A DNA stretch of 62,862 nt, the filler included, from Asterionella formosa (taxonomy: Eukaryota): assembly GCA_002256025.1 (NCBI GenBank). It is 6 parts of 6 records of this genome, joined end to end, with 100 filler letters (N's around TTAATTAATTAA, not from the genome) between each part and the next. Parts side by side here need not be neighbours in the genome. Positions count along the whole stretch, not along the records: positions 43,293 to 62,862 come from NKIB01003624.1; 5 more parts are not named here. One strand, given 5' to 3'. Positions 45,181 to 58,500 of the stretch are shown here, piece after piece; position 1 is the first letter of the stretch; every line of letters begins with the position of its first letter. The notes below the pieces were generated by a model, which searched no databases, was not told the DNA's origin, and saw only the letters and a program-made list of their open reading frames with translations. The translations under genes and the position numbers were made by a program.

Positions 45181-46849
45181 ACTCATCCATTTATATTCCA
45201 TTTAAAATGGTTATGGAATTATTACTGCATTGTAATGCTTGAGGAAATGAGATCAGTACTCATGATGGTGTTGCCCTCTGCACTCGCTCTTCCAATGATC
45301 ATCTTATGAAATAACCATTATCTTACTATCATTCCTCGGTTTCTTAATAGAAAAAACGTAACAAATCCAGTCCTTCATAAGGTTGTCATTGAAACCGAAA
45401 GATAGTATTTTGTACTGCTTGTATTTCTTCACTTAACATTGTGTAGTTATAAATGTTTTAGTGACAATGTATTGTTGTTGACTTTCAGCTAATAGTTCAG
45501 AAGCAATTAAAGCAAATGAAAGCGGAACAACAATGAGAGGAGATCTTTACAATTAAAGCAACGATGATGCCACAAAGAATCTGTTTTATGCAAATATTAA
45601 TTACATGTATTATACCGTATTTTATAATACTTTACTCCACTATTTCGAGCAACCCATCCTCATCTTGTCCCCTCCGGTCTATATTTTACATCTATCTATT
45701 TCATAGTGTATACCTATGGTGTAATCCGGTATATGTAGTATAGGTGTGCGTTTGTACATAATCGTGCATTTCCTGCCTGTCAGCCAACCACATGAATCCT
45801 ATGATGGTACAAAATTGAACACTGTTTATACACGTATTAAGGGAGAAAAGTCTCCCAAAAAAGCCACTGCTGACAGGGCCGCATAAAATACATGTGTTAC
45901 AAGCTAGAGAGGAAAAAACGTCAGCATGAAAAAAGGGGAGAAATTCTCCCCAAAAATGAAGTGAAGTCTCATACATTCTCCCCATTTTTCCACGCTTCTA
46001 GCCTTCGTGCTATTTTTCGCTGTTGACTTTACTCTGTCAGTTCTTGATGCTTTTTAATTATAAGATTAAACTCAAACCTATTTTCAATCCCATTCATAAC
46101 ACTTTGAGAACCCATTATTCGTGTTCCCTTTTCGCTGATACAAAGCAACCTTCTTCTGATTGATCTAAAACATCAATCTCATTAGCAAGCCTCTTGACAT
46201 GAGAACACACCATTTGACTCAATTGTCTATTGTTGAATCCACGTTTTTTGACTCGTTATAGCCATTGTTGCTATAATCTTGACATCTTCCTTGTTGCCAT
46301 CATGTCCAAGAAGCTCCTAAATAGTACCACTCAATACAGGTCAAGATTACCTTGTAAAAATCTGCTCTTTAACATTCTTGGTCATAATTTTTGCTGGGTT
46401 ATTCATATATTTTGCATTTTAGAATTAATGCGAATTATTTTATGTCAAAGAATAAAAGAATTCATATTGGATGTTGACAATACCGATGGTAAGGATGATT
46501 GTTGATATGCTTCATACATCCAGTTGCCGACAACATTATTTCGATTTCACCGTTAATTCATGCCTAATTGCACTCCAAAAATTTGCAGTAGATAATACTA
46601 TACATCAACCCGAATATATATTTAGCCCAGCACTTAAAATTTGATGTGAAATGATTCATCCCATAGTATGGCTGGGTGCACCTGCAAAGTACATCGGGTA
46701 CCTTGTAATATGTTAGATTTTAGTTTCACCAAATATTTTTTTTTGCACAAATCAAAGAAGAGTCATCATATTAGATGTTTATTTCCCTTCATTAGAAATA
46801 CTTACTGGTTCATCATTATATATTGATAATTAATCATGGTTGTCGATGC

Positions 46850-48000
46850 CAGTCCATTGCGCAACGATGAGTTTTGAACTTGTCAATCAACTTTTCATCT
46901 GCAACAGGTCCATTTCTGTCGCTTTCTGAGTGATTTGTGTTGACTTGACCAATATCAATTGCATGGTAAGCAATCAAATATTGTTCTTGCTCGTTCTGCA
47001 AAGTTTCTTATTCGCATCAATGTAATCACATCGACCGACAAACATTTTCTAACTGCTTCTGTAAATTTCTCTTTCCTTTTCTTTTCATTCATGGAAATAT
47101 TTCGATAGTGGTTCTTGGAGCATATCGACCGACAAACATTTTCTACCTGCTTTTGTAAATTTCTCTTTCCCTTTCTTTTCATTCAGGGATATATTTCGAT
47201 AGTGGTTCTTGGAGCATGTCCACAAGTACTCAACTCCTTCGCCTGCAAGTTCTGCATGGCATTTTGGAGTTAGAATAACTTCCACTCAAACCTTTCGTCA
47301 AATGAATTCCATCATTCCTTGCTCATGAAGCAAGTCGGAGCACATGGTCATTGTGTGTCTTAAGCTTGCAGAATTGTCAACGATTCCGAAATCGTCGTTC
47401 TTTCCAGTAAGTTTGTATTTTTCAATGTTCGATTCATCAATGAATCCTATCTCCCAAAACACCTGTAAAAAACCCTCGACTTACCCACCCAACCTTCTTT
47501 CTTTCAATTAGTTCTATGGTTTCAATGGCATTCTTGTACATAGTTCGACTAACTCTCTTTTGTTTTTCCATTTCGTGTTTATTTTGCTTAGTAGAAGGTC
47601 CATCGTTAATGACAACCGATTTCGGTCAGCATTTTTTGTCCCAATCATAACATTATGGCGACATGCTTCAGCTTGAGTAGGGGTGAGCCAAAATGGACCC
47701 TGATCTGATTGTAGAAAAGTAAGGTATTGACTAAGATCGCCTGGATCTAGAATTGAATTTCAAGTTCCCAGGTATCCTGGTCATGTTTTTTTTTCGTTTC
47801 TCTCATGTTCATTAGGGACGCATTAAGACCATCAAGGGGTTGCTTTGAGTGACCAGACGATTGGTCAAAGAGGTATGCAAAATGGTAAGTGGGTTGTTGT
47901 ATCTTGAGGCCATCTACGCAATCTTGCAACTGACAAACCATGTGTGCATGGTAATTCCAGTATCAATGATCCTTACTCTCTCCATAGTCAAAGTAAACTA
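46850..48000 (-). mobile_element. Degenerate DDE (IS630/Tc1-like) transposase relic with an internal ~94-bp tandem duplication
   Basis: Fragments YLFDQSSGH and ILTPKCHAELAGEGVEY.W..SK.HYR lie in different frames. 47030-47123 is duplicated at ~47124-47217. Confidence 0.65.
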
Positions 48001-49157
48001 GAAATAGAGCACTTCCATAGACTTCTATAGCAGCTTCTTTGTCAGCATACTTAGAATGTAGTGATTGCGAGCTTTTTCTCACATCTAAGTAACTCATAAA
48101 AAAGCATTTTTCCCAGTAAGCCGACCCGCACGTAGAAAAATGGCAGGTTTTCTACATAATCCGTCCTAAAAATAAGCTGCTTGGCACATGAGTTGCTGCA
48201 AATTGACGCAATTTTCACAGATAGATTAGTACCAAATAACTCGATAGATATGATATTTAAGGATAGTGCAACAATATGTACACTAAGAATCCAGAGTCAT
48301 GATTCAGTAAGGAAATCTAGGATTAATATTAAGCCAAGTGAGAGGCATAACCTCTTCAGACGACTAACTAGAATGTCTGATCTCGACTTAGGGTCTCATA
48401 CATTCATTCCCTAATGTCTAAAGGGTCACATTGACTAGACTAAGACTTATGCTCTAGTAACCGGTAACCCATACGTTATATTTACTTATAATAAAAGCCA
48501 GGATTAAATCTTGCAAAGACAAGTGAATGAAATAGATAACTCTTTGTTCTAAGCCAAGGGTAACAAGAACTAATGGTCTTTCATTGGTAACAAGAACTAA
48601 TGGTCTGTCATAAAATAAGGAAGAGGATATAATCTATTTCCCTTCAACTGTAGGAAAACAGAAGCTTGTTTCTGACAAACATAAGTACAACTCATTTCTG
48701 AGACATGCGTTTGATTTGACATATTTCAGCCAACAACAATTCGAAAATGATTTTTAGAACAAGCTCACTCTTTTACCACGATTAAAATAAGCACTAAAAC
48801 AAACACATTGGCTGTAGAAATATTTTCTAGCAATTTTGCTGCAGAAGGAATACTAGATCAGTAGTACAATAACTGTTAGTGTGTATATACTTGTGTTATA
48901 CACCGAAATATACAGGTTGAATATAAATAATATACATGATGTTTGAATGTCTTTTTGCAAGGGTCATGAATCTGATCGTATCATCTTACTACTTCACATT
49001 CCTTCCCAGACCAGGTGGCTGTATCTTTTTCATATAGCTTCATACATTGCTAACAGCATCATTAACTAGTACCACTTACTTATTGACTCTGCTACTAGCC
49101 TTTTTGCTCCTAGATAAAATATTCGACCTTTTGTCAATTAATTCTGTTTACTAAGTG

Positions 49158-50599
49158 TGGGCGCGCCCTGATATTAAAAATTATTATATCATGTGTGTAT
49201 TATAACACAAATTATTTTGGCGATTTGATACATAATAATGTCGTCGCGCTCTGATATTCAAGATATTTTAGATTAGTCATCTGACATTTTATATAAATTT
49301 AACTTGAATTTTTAACAGTTATAGTTTCAGAGCGATGCAACTTCTTGCGTGTTATGCGGCCTCTTGTTCATTGTCCACATGAATTCCATAATTTCACCAA
49401 TGTCAGTCAATGACCAGCATGTCGACTTACCACTCATCTCCTGATGACAAGGATGATGCCATGAGTGAACTTAAAAGATGAGACAGAGACATAGAAATTT
49501 CAGCTTTTCTCAAGAAACAAGCCTTTGATCGTTAAATCAGGCCAACAGAACTTTCACAATGAGGTATTGCTCTCCAAGAGCTTTTTTTCACTCCAAAATG
49601 AAGACAGTCAGAGGTACTTGCATCGTTTGTTTGCCCATGCTACTATGGACTGAGCCCAACCTGTTCCCGCTTTTCAAAGACAAGTTCTTATCAATCCCCA
49701 TAGCGATGGAGGTGAAATCAATCAATTTTTCGATGAAATTAAAAATTAATTTCAGCAAAGACAAGAGCGATTGGCAGCAAGCCCGCCAACTTATTTCCAA
49801 CTTTCAAAAACAAGATCGTATCAATTCCCATGGGGACGGAGGAGTTGAAATCAATTCAGTTTTTGATTACATTGAAAATCAATATCAACAGCTGCAAGAG
49901 AAATTGGCAGCAGATCCAAATGTATTGCAGCTTATAGCTAGATGGAGATAATGAGGCACCAGCGGAGATATTCAGTGGACTGTGTTTTGTCTGGAAAATA
50001 AGTTCCATGCTGCAGATGTCATTGTACAAAGGATGCTACAGTAACAAAGGTCTGTGGTGAACACAATATCTTCATTTACAAGCACAGCTAATGTATTTTA
50101 GTGTATGGCAGTGTCGACAATGTAGTGACATTAAAGCTAACAAACAAATGTATAGAATGATACAATGTTCTCTGTTTCTTCATTTCGCCTTATAGTCATC
50201 AATCAGTGCAGACATTGCGCATGAATTGATAGTGGCTCTGACCACTAAGATTGTATTGCAGGTGGATTGTGAACAAGAAGACATGATCACAACAAAACTG
50301 GAAGCAGATGAGGATTGATGATACCTTTAGGATGATTGATGTGTATATGTATATGCGTACTGACATCATTTTTGGTAAGAGCAAGCCATTTTGGGTATGA
50401 GCAAGCAAGTCTTGAAATATTACAGGAAATTATATGTAGTCATTCATGCCTATTTATCTACTTATATAATAGACTGTTATTTATAACTGTAAAAATTTGG
50501 TCAGCACAAACACAAATTTTGTGTTTATGGGTACAACGATTTGTGTTCAAATACACATGAAATACCCGGTTATAATTTTTTAATATCAGAGCGCGCCCA
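49158..50599. mobile_element. Non-autonomous TIR DNA element (~1.44 kb)
   Basis: Left TGGGCGCGCCCTGATATTAAAAA (49158-49180) and right TTTTTTAATATCAGAGCGCGCCCA (50576-50599) are near-perfect inverted repeats. A diverged copy of the right end occurs at ~58800-59080. No clear TSD. Confidence 0.7.
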
Positions 50600-50926
50600 G
50601 CTGATAATTTCCATAATTATGATTCTAATCTAATTGTTTCTTTGACTTGCCCCTTTTGCTTATAACAAGACATTAATTGAGTTCTTCGAATTTCCACTTG
50701 ACTGTCTGGAAGTCGTCATCTATAAAGAAGTCATCAATCATCTCAACTATTTTTAGCCATCAGCTGCTATTGCACATAGTTGTTGCAAGTTACGATCCGA
50801 CTCATTAGAGCACAATGGAGTCCACAATTCTTGTGTCGCATCAGTGCGTTATGTCAATTTACCATCGCACATGCTTCCTTTGTTGCCTTTGATCATTCCA
50901 GCATTTTGCGCAAAGTAAATCCGTTG

Positions 50927-53242
50927 ATGGTCTCATTAACAGTGCAAAAACTCCCACGAAAATCGAAGCCAATTGGGCGTTATGCGTTCCTATGTTTCCT
51001 GACAACTATTTTAAGTGCCTACTTTGGTACAACAATGGTCCTTGTCACGTTCCACGCGACTCGATTAGAGCCATCAGTGGGGGAATTTGATGCCGCTAAG
51101 CCAATGTATCGTCATTTGCTGAAACCGAAAGATTTTAATCGGTCAGCCAAAATAAGAATCTCGCAGCCATTCGTTCATACTCAAAATATCACCAAGGCCA
51201 TAGAAGGTTCAAACAAGAAAGGTTCGCACCGTGGTATCATGCAGAGAAAGATGAACGCAAGGAAATCAAAATCAATTGAAACGGACGGGATACTCAGAGC
51301 ATACTTGGAAGAGATAAATCAAGATGACTGGGAAATCAAACCTCTTCCGATACGAAATCCTAAACCCCTTTCTGTCATATCCTACCCTCGACTCAACAAT
51401 TGCTCTCGTCTCCCCGAACTCTTTCCAATTGACGACTTTCCCGATGAAGATCCGTTCCTTCCTTGGATTCACGATGTGTTTCCGACACATGATGGAAAGT
51501 TCATTCAGTTTGTAGCGCAAAACAAAAGGAGATGCAGGACAGGGAAAAAACCTATAGACGAAGCGGTCCTCCAACATATGCAACCTCAAGCAGCCCTGTT
51601 CCAGCACGTTGCAGTCAAGCGAGTTCCACTCGAGGGAGAAATTAGATATCAACTGTGCTCTCACGACCAAGCGGATGGCGATGGCTTATCTACCCGATTC
51701 ATCTGTCGATTCAAACCCTCAGGTGAAGAGACACTCAGTATATACAATGTGGACTATGACTATGCTGCCTGGCGAAAGAAACACAGAAAAACGTTTACTT
51801 TGGAAGGACGTGATACTAAGGACATTTTCACGTCACAATTGCTCTTTCAATGTCCAGTTCCTGATCATTTGCAAGGGGTTGTACGATCCGGAGAATCGGT
51901 TAAGGATGACTGGGCTACTCTATTTGTCGATATCGTTCCAATACGAACTCCCCCTCGCTATGGTCGTCCTGATGTATACTTTCCACCTTGGTACAAAGAT
52001 TTAAGTCAGGCATATTCATGGAATGTTACTAAAGAATGGGGCAATCACATCTTACCAAGCACCGAATTATCTGGCCGTTGGGAAAACATTCCCATTTGCA
52101 AACCTTCACTGATGACGTATAAACCAAAATATGGAAATCAAATTGAAAAGGCTTACGACAGAAAGAAACCGACACATCCTACAAAGATACACCAATTGGC
52201 AGTTTGTACTTGGGCCAGCACGGGCTATTTTACTCGAGGGGCGCGTTTCGGTGTCAACGATGGCCAACGAAGAATGAGAGAATGGATTCATTTCGGCTCG
52301 GTGGTTGGCGTTGACCATTTCTACATCTACGACAATAGTGGGGCGTTTGGAAGTATGACGTTACAGCCGATTGCTGATATGTTTCCTGACGAGGTAACCA
52401 TTATTCCTTGGCCAGCTAGTGTATGTAACAACAATATGAACAATGTGGACTCTCCCGGCGAGCGGTCGTCCCAGTATGCCGCTGAGTCCAGTTGCCGACT
52501 ACGATTTGGACCGTATATGAATTGGCTTGGTGCTTATGATATCGACGAATATCTCGTACCAATGGGTTCCTATGATTCGTTGTTACCTTTGCTAGATACT
52601 CTAGAAAAGGAGGGTAAACAGATTATCAGCTTCAAGTCATGGCGAGCCTGGCCTCGAATGCAGCTAATAGAGCCACCTGAGAAGAAACATTCAGGGCGTT
52701 GCTCTCATTCCCGAAAATGCTTCGATGTAATTGTTCCCGAAAATAGGACAATCCTTCAGACCTATAATTGTGATCGACAGAAAGGCCCAAAGAAAGACGT
52801 AATGCCCGCCGAAAAGCAGCTATATCGTCCCGACTATGTCAAGCTACACTTTGTACACTATTCGACTATCACTACACTGTCGGCCATGAATAAAACAGAG
52901 TTTAAGAAAGCAACGAGCAGCACGTGGCATCGAGCAATGTCGAACGATTTCAATGCTCGTTTCTCGGACGAAGTTCAGGAAGGAACTATGCTTCATGCAA
53001 AGGCAATGGCAACCCAAGATACAGGAGGGTGGGAGGAATCATGCAAGGGCGGATTTGGGACATGTAGAATTGGCAACCCCTATCCAGATGATGCACTCTT
53101 GAACAATATCACAAAGGATAACGGAGGTTGGCTGTATAATTGCTTCGTCAACAACAAGATTGAAAAATACTACCTCCCAATCCTTGAAGCCAGAATGAAA
53201 CAAACAGAGGAAATTTGGAGCCTGCTAAACAACCAGCGCTGA
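50927..53242 (+). CDS. Glycosyltransferase family 92 (DUF23)-like type II membrane protein
   Basis: N-terminal TM anchor (YAFLCFLTTILSAYFG..); LAVCTW, EWIHF..VGVDHFYIYDN, WLGAYDIDEYLVP (DxD) and LHFVHYS. First ATG at 50927 within an 820-codon ORF. Confidence 0.8.
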   Translation: MVSLTVQKLPRKSKPIGRYAFLCFLTTILSAYFGTTMVLVTFHATRLEPSVGEFDAAKPMYRHLLKPKDFNRSAKIRISQPFVHTQNITKAIEGSNKKGSHRGIMQRKMNARKSKSIETDGILRAYLEEINQDDWEIKPLPIRNPKPLSVISYPRLNNCSRLPELFPIDDFPDEDPFLPWIHDVFPTHDGKFIQFVAQNKRRCRTGKKPIDEAVLQHMQPQAALFQHVAVKRVPLEGEIRYQLCSHDQADGDGLSTRFICRFKPSGEETLSIYNVDYDYAAWRKKHRKTFTLEGRDTKDIFTSQLLFQCPVPDHLQGVVRSGESVKDDWATLFVDIVPIRTPPRYGRPDVYFPPWYKDLSQAYSWNVTKEWGNHILPSTELSGRWENIPICKPSLMTYKPKYGNQIEKAYDRKKPTHPTKIHQLAVCTWASTGYFTRGARFGVNDGQRRMREWIHFGSVVGVDHFYIYDNSGAFGSMTLQPIADMFPDEVTIIPWPASVCNNNMNNVDSPGERSSQYAAESSCRLRFGPYMNWLGAYDIDEYLVPMGSYDSLLPLLDTLEKEGKQIISFKSWRAWPRMQLIEPPEKKHSGRCSHSRKCFDVIVPENRTILQTYNCDRQKGPKKDVMPAEKQLYRPDYVKLHFVHYSTITTLSAMNKTEFKKATSSTWHRAMSNDFNARFSDEVQEGTMLHAKAMATQDTGGWEESCKGGFGTCRIGNPYPDDALLNNITKDNGGWLYNCFVNNKIEKYYLPILEARMKQTEEIWSLLNNQR

Positions 53243-53749
53243 AACAATCTTATGTTTCATGACTACCTGTAGTAGACATAGACAAAGTAACACATGCAAC
53301 AATGGCCGTTGTCAAACTTTTCCAGTTTTCAGGGTTCGCTGTGAAAGCTAATACTTGTTTGCTAGTTTCCACGAGTTTTTTGATCAGGCTTGTCAAAAAA
53401 AAACCACATTACTTTTGATTCCTTAAGTAATTTAGGACTCAGATTTGCTGCCTGATCAACCGGTTCAGCAAAACCGTCTTCTAGCTTCGAAATACAAATA
53501 GGAATCATCTCTTTCTATGTTTAGAACTTGCTGACAATGACTAGGATTTGCTGACAACATCTAGAACTTGCTTATGACAACTTGAATTTTCTGACAACGA
53601 CTAGAATTTGCAAATACGAATAGTCGACTGGATGCATGACTGAAACCTTGTGTAATTGTTTGTTGTCCTGTGGCTGTCATTTTTCTTGAGGCTCTCATGA
53701 GATATTCAGCCCTAATGAAATCATACATAGACTTCATATCACATACTAA

Positions 53750-55500
53750 GAGCATCGCCACCGCATCGACCAAATACCAAGCCAATTGAAGTTGCAGGGC
53801 ATTACAAGTCATGATGCGTTGTGTTGGTCGAAAAAGCAAAAATATTTTAGCCACCGCATCGACCAAGACCAAAAATGCTTTGGTCTTGGTCGAGGATGAC
53901 CCCCTTATCGACCAAATATCAGGTATTTGGTCAATTAGACTCCAACCATAGCCAAATAAAAGGAGCATTTCTGTAGGTTTAGATTGTGGCTTGTGCCAGC
54001 AACATAACGTCGACTGTTTAATTGATCCACAAAAGCTTACAATACACATTTACCTTACTCTCTTGATGTAGACAAATAATAAATGTAAGTACGAAAACCT
54101 TTGAATAATACCGGCAGACATCTATAAAATTTTGTCTTTCGAGTCTTTGATGATCCAAATAAGATATCATCATCCATTGTTGTCAAAGTCTTTCGAGTCT
54201 TTGATGATCCCAATAAGATATCGTCATCCATTGTCGTCAAAGCAGGATGCTACATGAGAAGGAGCAGCAGCAGCAGCAGCAGCAGCAGGAGTAGGAGTAG
54301 GAGCAGGAGCAGGAGCAGGAGCAGCAGCCAACGAGGATGCTTCATTGTCGGTTTCAGACAAAAACAAAGTTGGATTATTTTGGCGCTGTCAAGAGCAACA
54401 ATCGATAGCGATGTGCGAGTTTCGTCAAGGCAGCATTGTTCCTCGTTTACTGTGATGTGTCATCGTTGGCAGACTGCTGCATGTCCCTGGCTAGTATCGA
54501 TGATATCTCCTTCCCTTGCCTGCAGATCAAAATTATGCTCAAGTTTGCTCAGCATTATGTGAAGTTATGCCATGGGTATATTGTGTAACAGTTTACAGTG
54601 TCGATGGTTGATTAATCAGCTGAAGAATTTAAAAAATGCATCCAAGGGAGTTGCGCCATTTAACGAAGGGTTTCACACCAATAAAGGTAATGTCGTTTAA
54701 TGGAACAAAATGAAGGAGGGATTAGGTGTGATCCAATTGCATCTCAATAATTTAAGTGCTTCCAGTACTCCACTGTCCTACGTGTCATCCACCACTGATG
54801 ATTTTGATGTAGTAGATGATTCAAAGTGAAGGAAAAATAATATAGATTACATGTCAATGCTAGCATGATTGATTAGAAAGCTGTCACTCTAGCTAATTGG
54901 AAAAACTGAAGGTTTTTCTATTCTAGAATACCAATATACAAATGCATAGTCATGTTAGTTTTTGATGGGCAGTTTAGATAGGCGTAGTACTAGCTGCGTA
55001 AGAATAAGGAATTTACAGGAAACGTGGTGCTGCTAAGATTCAAAAAAACTACAGGGACAGACTACCAGTAGCTAAGCGACTTCCTTTGATTCTCCGCCTC
55101 CTCCCTCGGCTGCCTTTCTCGTTTTCTTCCTGTATATGTTTAACCGGTATGTACGGAAGAGAAGGAGCGGTTGTCATCTGATGAGTCGCTATCGTTGCAC
55201 ATTTCATCAGGCAGATATGTATGAGTACCCTGGTACCAGCACAAAACACAGTCCCATCATTTTCTTATTGGTAGTTATCGGGTTTATTAATATAACGATA
55301 CACATGTAACAACATTCTAGTGATATTTCTATTCGCTAAAAGTTTTGGCGCGAGATTTGACTATTCTAGGATTTGGTCGATGCGGTGGGAAATAATATGA
55401 AAAATTCGACTATTGATAAAAAATTTCTCAACCAAGTGACGTGTATTGATATTTCAACTGCAATTGGCTTTGGTATTTGGTCGATGCGGTGGTGATGCTC
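53750..55500. mobile_element. PIF/Harbinger-type non-autonomous element with TAA target-site duplication
   Basis: TAA|GAGCATCGCCACCGCATCGACCAAATACCAA.. at 53750 and ..TTGGTATTTGGTCGATGCGGTGGTGATGCTC|TAA at 55500: ~45-bp imperfect TIRs, subterminal copies at ~53851 and ~55372, no transposase ORF. Confidence 0.88.
54136..54328 (+). repeat. 51-bp tandem duplication followed by (AGC)n/(AGGAGY)n microsatellite
   Basis: tctttcgagtctttgatgatcc.aataagatatc.tcatccattgt.gtcaaa occurs twice (54136-54241); agcagcagc... and aggagtaggagc... at 54263-54328. Confidence 0.85.
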
Positions 55501-58500
55501 TAAGATATGGCTGTGATGCATGCTCAGGGTAGACTACCTGGTACACGAAGTAGCCCACGCAGATACTTGCATATAATTATTTAGCTTAGATTTTAATTTC
55601 GCTTAGATGTTGTGATTTGCTTCTATATATAAATCGCTACAGCGTAGTTGTTGTGCGCGACTGGAGTATCCATACCGTCTCCACCTTGACCATGACGAAA
55701 AAACGAAATTCTTAATGGAAAACGAAAACGCGCTATGCTATTTGGTAAATATATCTAACACAATATAGATAATACAATCGCAAAAAATTAATTGTAATAA
55801 CACTAATATTGACAATGGAAATTGAAGTCGCCTATGGCGCATTTCTTCATGTAATTTAGTCGATGCTTAATTTAAAACGACAAAGTTGCAACAGCCAAGA
55901 TTAAACACTTTCACAGCATGCAACACGCTACACTACGTAATCTGTCGAACGAACCAAATTTTTTTTGATTCTTTATTTATCAATATCAATCAATAGTCCA
56001 TTGATATTTTCAAAATGACTCTTTTATCAGCGAGTACTGATCTAGTTGATAACTACATCATATGACTAAAAATTTTCCGACAACAACTAGAATTTGCTGA
56101 CTATAAATAGAACTTTCTGAATATGACTGCAAGTTACTGAGCGATTTGTGATCTCTATAACCAAACCGTCTTCCAGTTCCTGAATACTATCACCTGTAGA
56201 AGTAGTTGAACACGATTTCGATGATCAGAAGACGCCTTGGATTTAATGAATGATAATTTAACCCACATGAAAAGTTACTTGAAAGAGTTTGGAATGGAAA
56301 TCCAGCCTAACCTTTCCGGTAGACATGAAAAAAAACCATTGGGAGTGAGTCGAACCTGAAAAAGTGCGCACAAAATGTGGACTAACGGACCTTCCCGGAG
56401 AATCCTGTATTATGTCCTCGTCTCCGCATTGACTATGACGAAAATACAAACTATCATCTCCAACAAAATTGAGAACGACGCTTTGCTATTAGGGTCATCT
56501 TTTACGAACAACATAGAAAATACAGTTGAAAAAGAATTATTTTGATAAGACTTATATTGACAACGAAAATTGAAGTTATTGGTAGCACCAACATGAAGTC
56601 GCGATATTCTTGCAAGGTGAAGAACTTTCTCAATTTTCACTTTGCGGAAATAACGTTCATATTATTATTTATTAGAAATAGTGCGCCATCCTGTAGATTT
56701 ACTCAAATCTAGTATAAGGGAAATCTCACCATATTCCTGGACCCTCCCTCTTTAAGTCAAATCTGTTAAAATCAGTGGCAGTGAACATTGCGGGGTCCAG
56801 GACACTGAATTATATGGTAATTCAATTCGAAACTATTACACTATCGGGTACTCCGAGTACGGAGTGACAGGCACTGTGAAGATGTAAACCGGTAAAAAAA
56901 CACTTCCCAATAATACAGATAACTATTCAACATGAATGGGTTAATTGATATTCCGAATTTTGTCGCACTTGTGCGCCAGAAAACTGGCACAAGTCACATG
57001 CTAATTTCTAGAGTGAGTGACATAGCTGTATACCACCTATATTGTTGTCTCGTGTAGGTTCTACAAAGTTCTTTCTTGCCAGAATTTCCGCAAGCCAAGA
57101 ACCACAGCATGTTTTTTATTTGTGTATCCTGACAAAAAAGTCAGCAGCCTCAGGCTGAAAAAACCATTTGGAACAAGCGTATTCAAAGCCAAAAAACATC
57201 AAGCCGAACCCTGTTTGCACCTGTGGTATCCCACTACATTATGTCGCCGAACAACAAAAATTAATACCCGGCGAATTTCACTGGAGACTGCTGGTTGTGG
57301 GGAACTGAAAATGAAAGCAAGGGGATTATAAATAGATATCGCACCATCAACTGAATCCCACTGACAAGCCTGTAATGCCTGTAAAATAGACAAATAGTTC
57401 ACATGAAGATAAGTAGACTTTGGCGGTTGCAGTGTTAGAGTAATATTAGATCCCATACTACTAGAACCACCTTCCATGAACCTTGCATATTCTGGCCCAA
57501 AATGAGTCATTGCATTATCATGTTGAAGGAATACAGTTCTTGATTCCGAAAATTCCTTTCTAGAGGCACCTCATCGTGTGCTAGGTATATCTTCTGAGAA
57601 GCCTTTGACACAAAGGAACATTTTTTGTCAATATGAATATCGCAATAGAAACCATCATAGAAACCAAACATCGTAGGATTGAAGGGCTCATGATTAAGCT
57701 GTAAACGATTGATAGCCTACAAAACATATGAATCAAAGCATTGTTAAGTGTTAGAGATGGCTTGATTGCGTTAGTGTGAGGCTATGATTGTATTCCTGAT
57801 ACCGGTCACTTCAAGGAGAGGCATCCCAGCTAAATTCTATTGCTCTAATGATTCTCTACAATTTACCGCTTTGATAGAAACGTCTTTGGATGTTGACAGA
57901 AAAGAGTGCACAATAAAAGATTAGGTAAGTTTTCAAATCATGATGTCACTTATGCAATGCGTGAATGATCAATTGATAAACGACATCATGATGGTTTTCT
58001 TGATCATCATGCAATGTTTTTACGATTTATTGAAATAGACCAATTTAGATACATCTTATTATTATTATATATTATAACTTCACTTATTGAGCATGCTGTC
58101 ATAAGACTACTATAGGTTAGTAGGGGGCCCATTTAGCACTTACTGGCATGACTACTATCCCTGTTGGCATAAGAAAAATCTTCGCCCTCCAGGTTTCAAC
58201 CCAACTTACATGGTGACTTCTGGTGCTGCAACTTGGGATATATCTTTCTTATTAATTGGAGGATATCTACATATAAATTCGAGTATCATATTGCATTTCA
58301 CCTTACCCTGAATAATACATTACATTTTAAAATATTAAGCAAACTTTAAAGTACGATATTGTTAAAGAACTCGACAATAGATTGAAAATTGAGTCAAGAG
58401 TGTTCTTGTCACCTCCATTCTTCGCATATGCCTCGATGGACATTTTATAACTGATGGCGTTGGGAACAATATTATCAAAATCTTTCATGAGGTCAAAAAC

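Noticed and set aside
54254..54562. SR-rich protein ORF (SRSRSR)
   Set aside because: Product of a microsatellite inside the Harbinger-type element.
55600..57550. Scattered short minus-strand ORFs suggesting a decayed gene
   Set aside because: No recognisable family or consistent frame.
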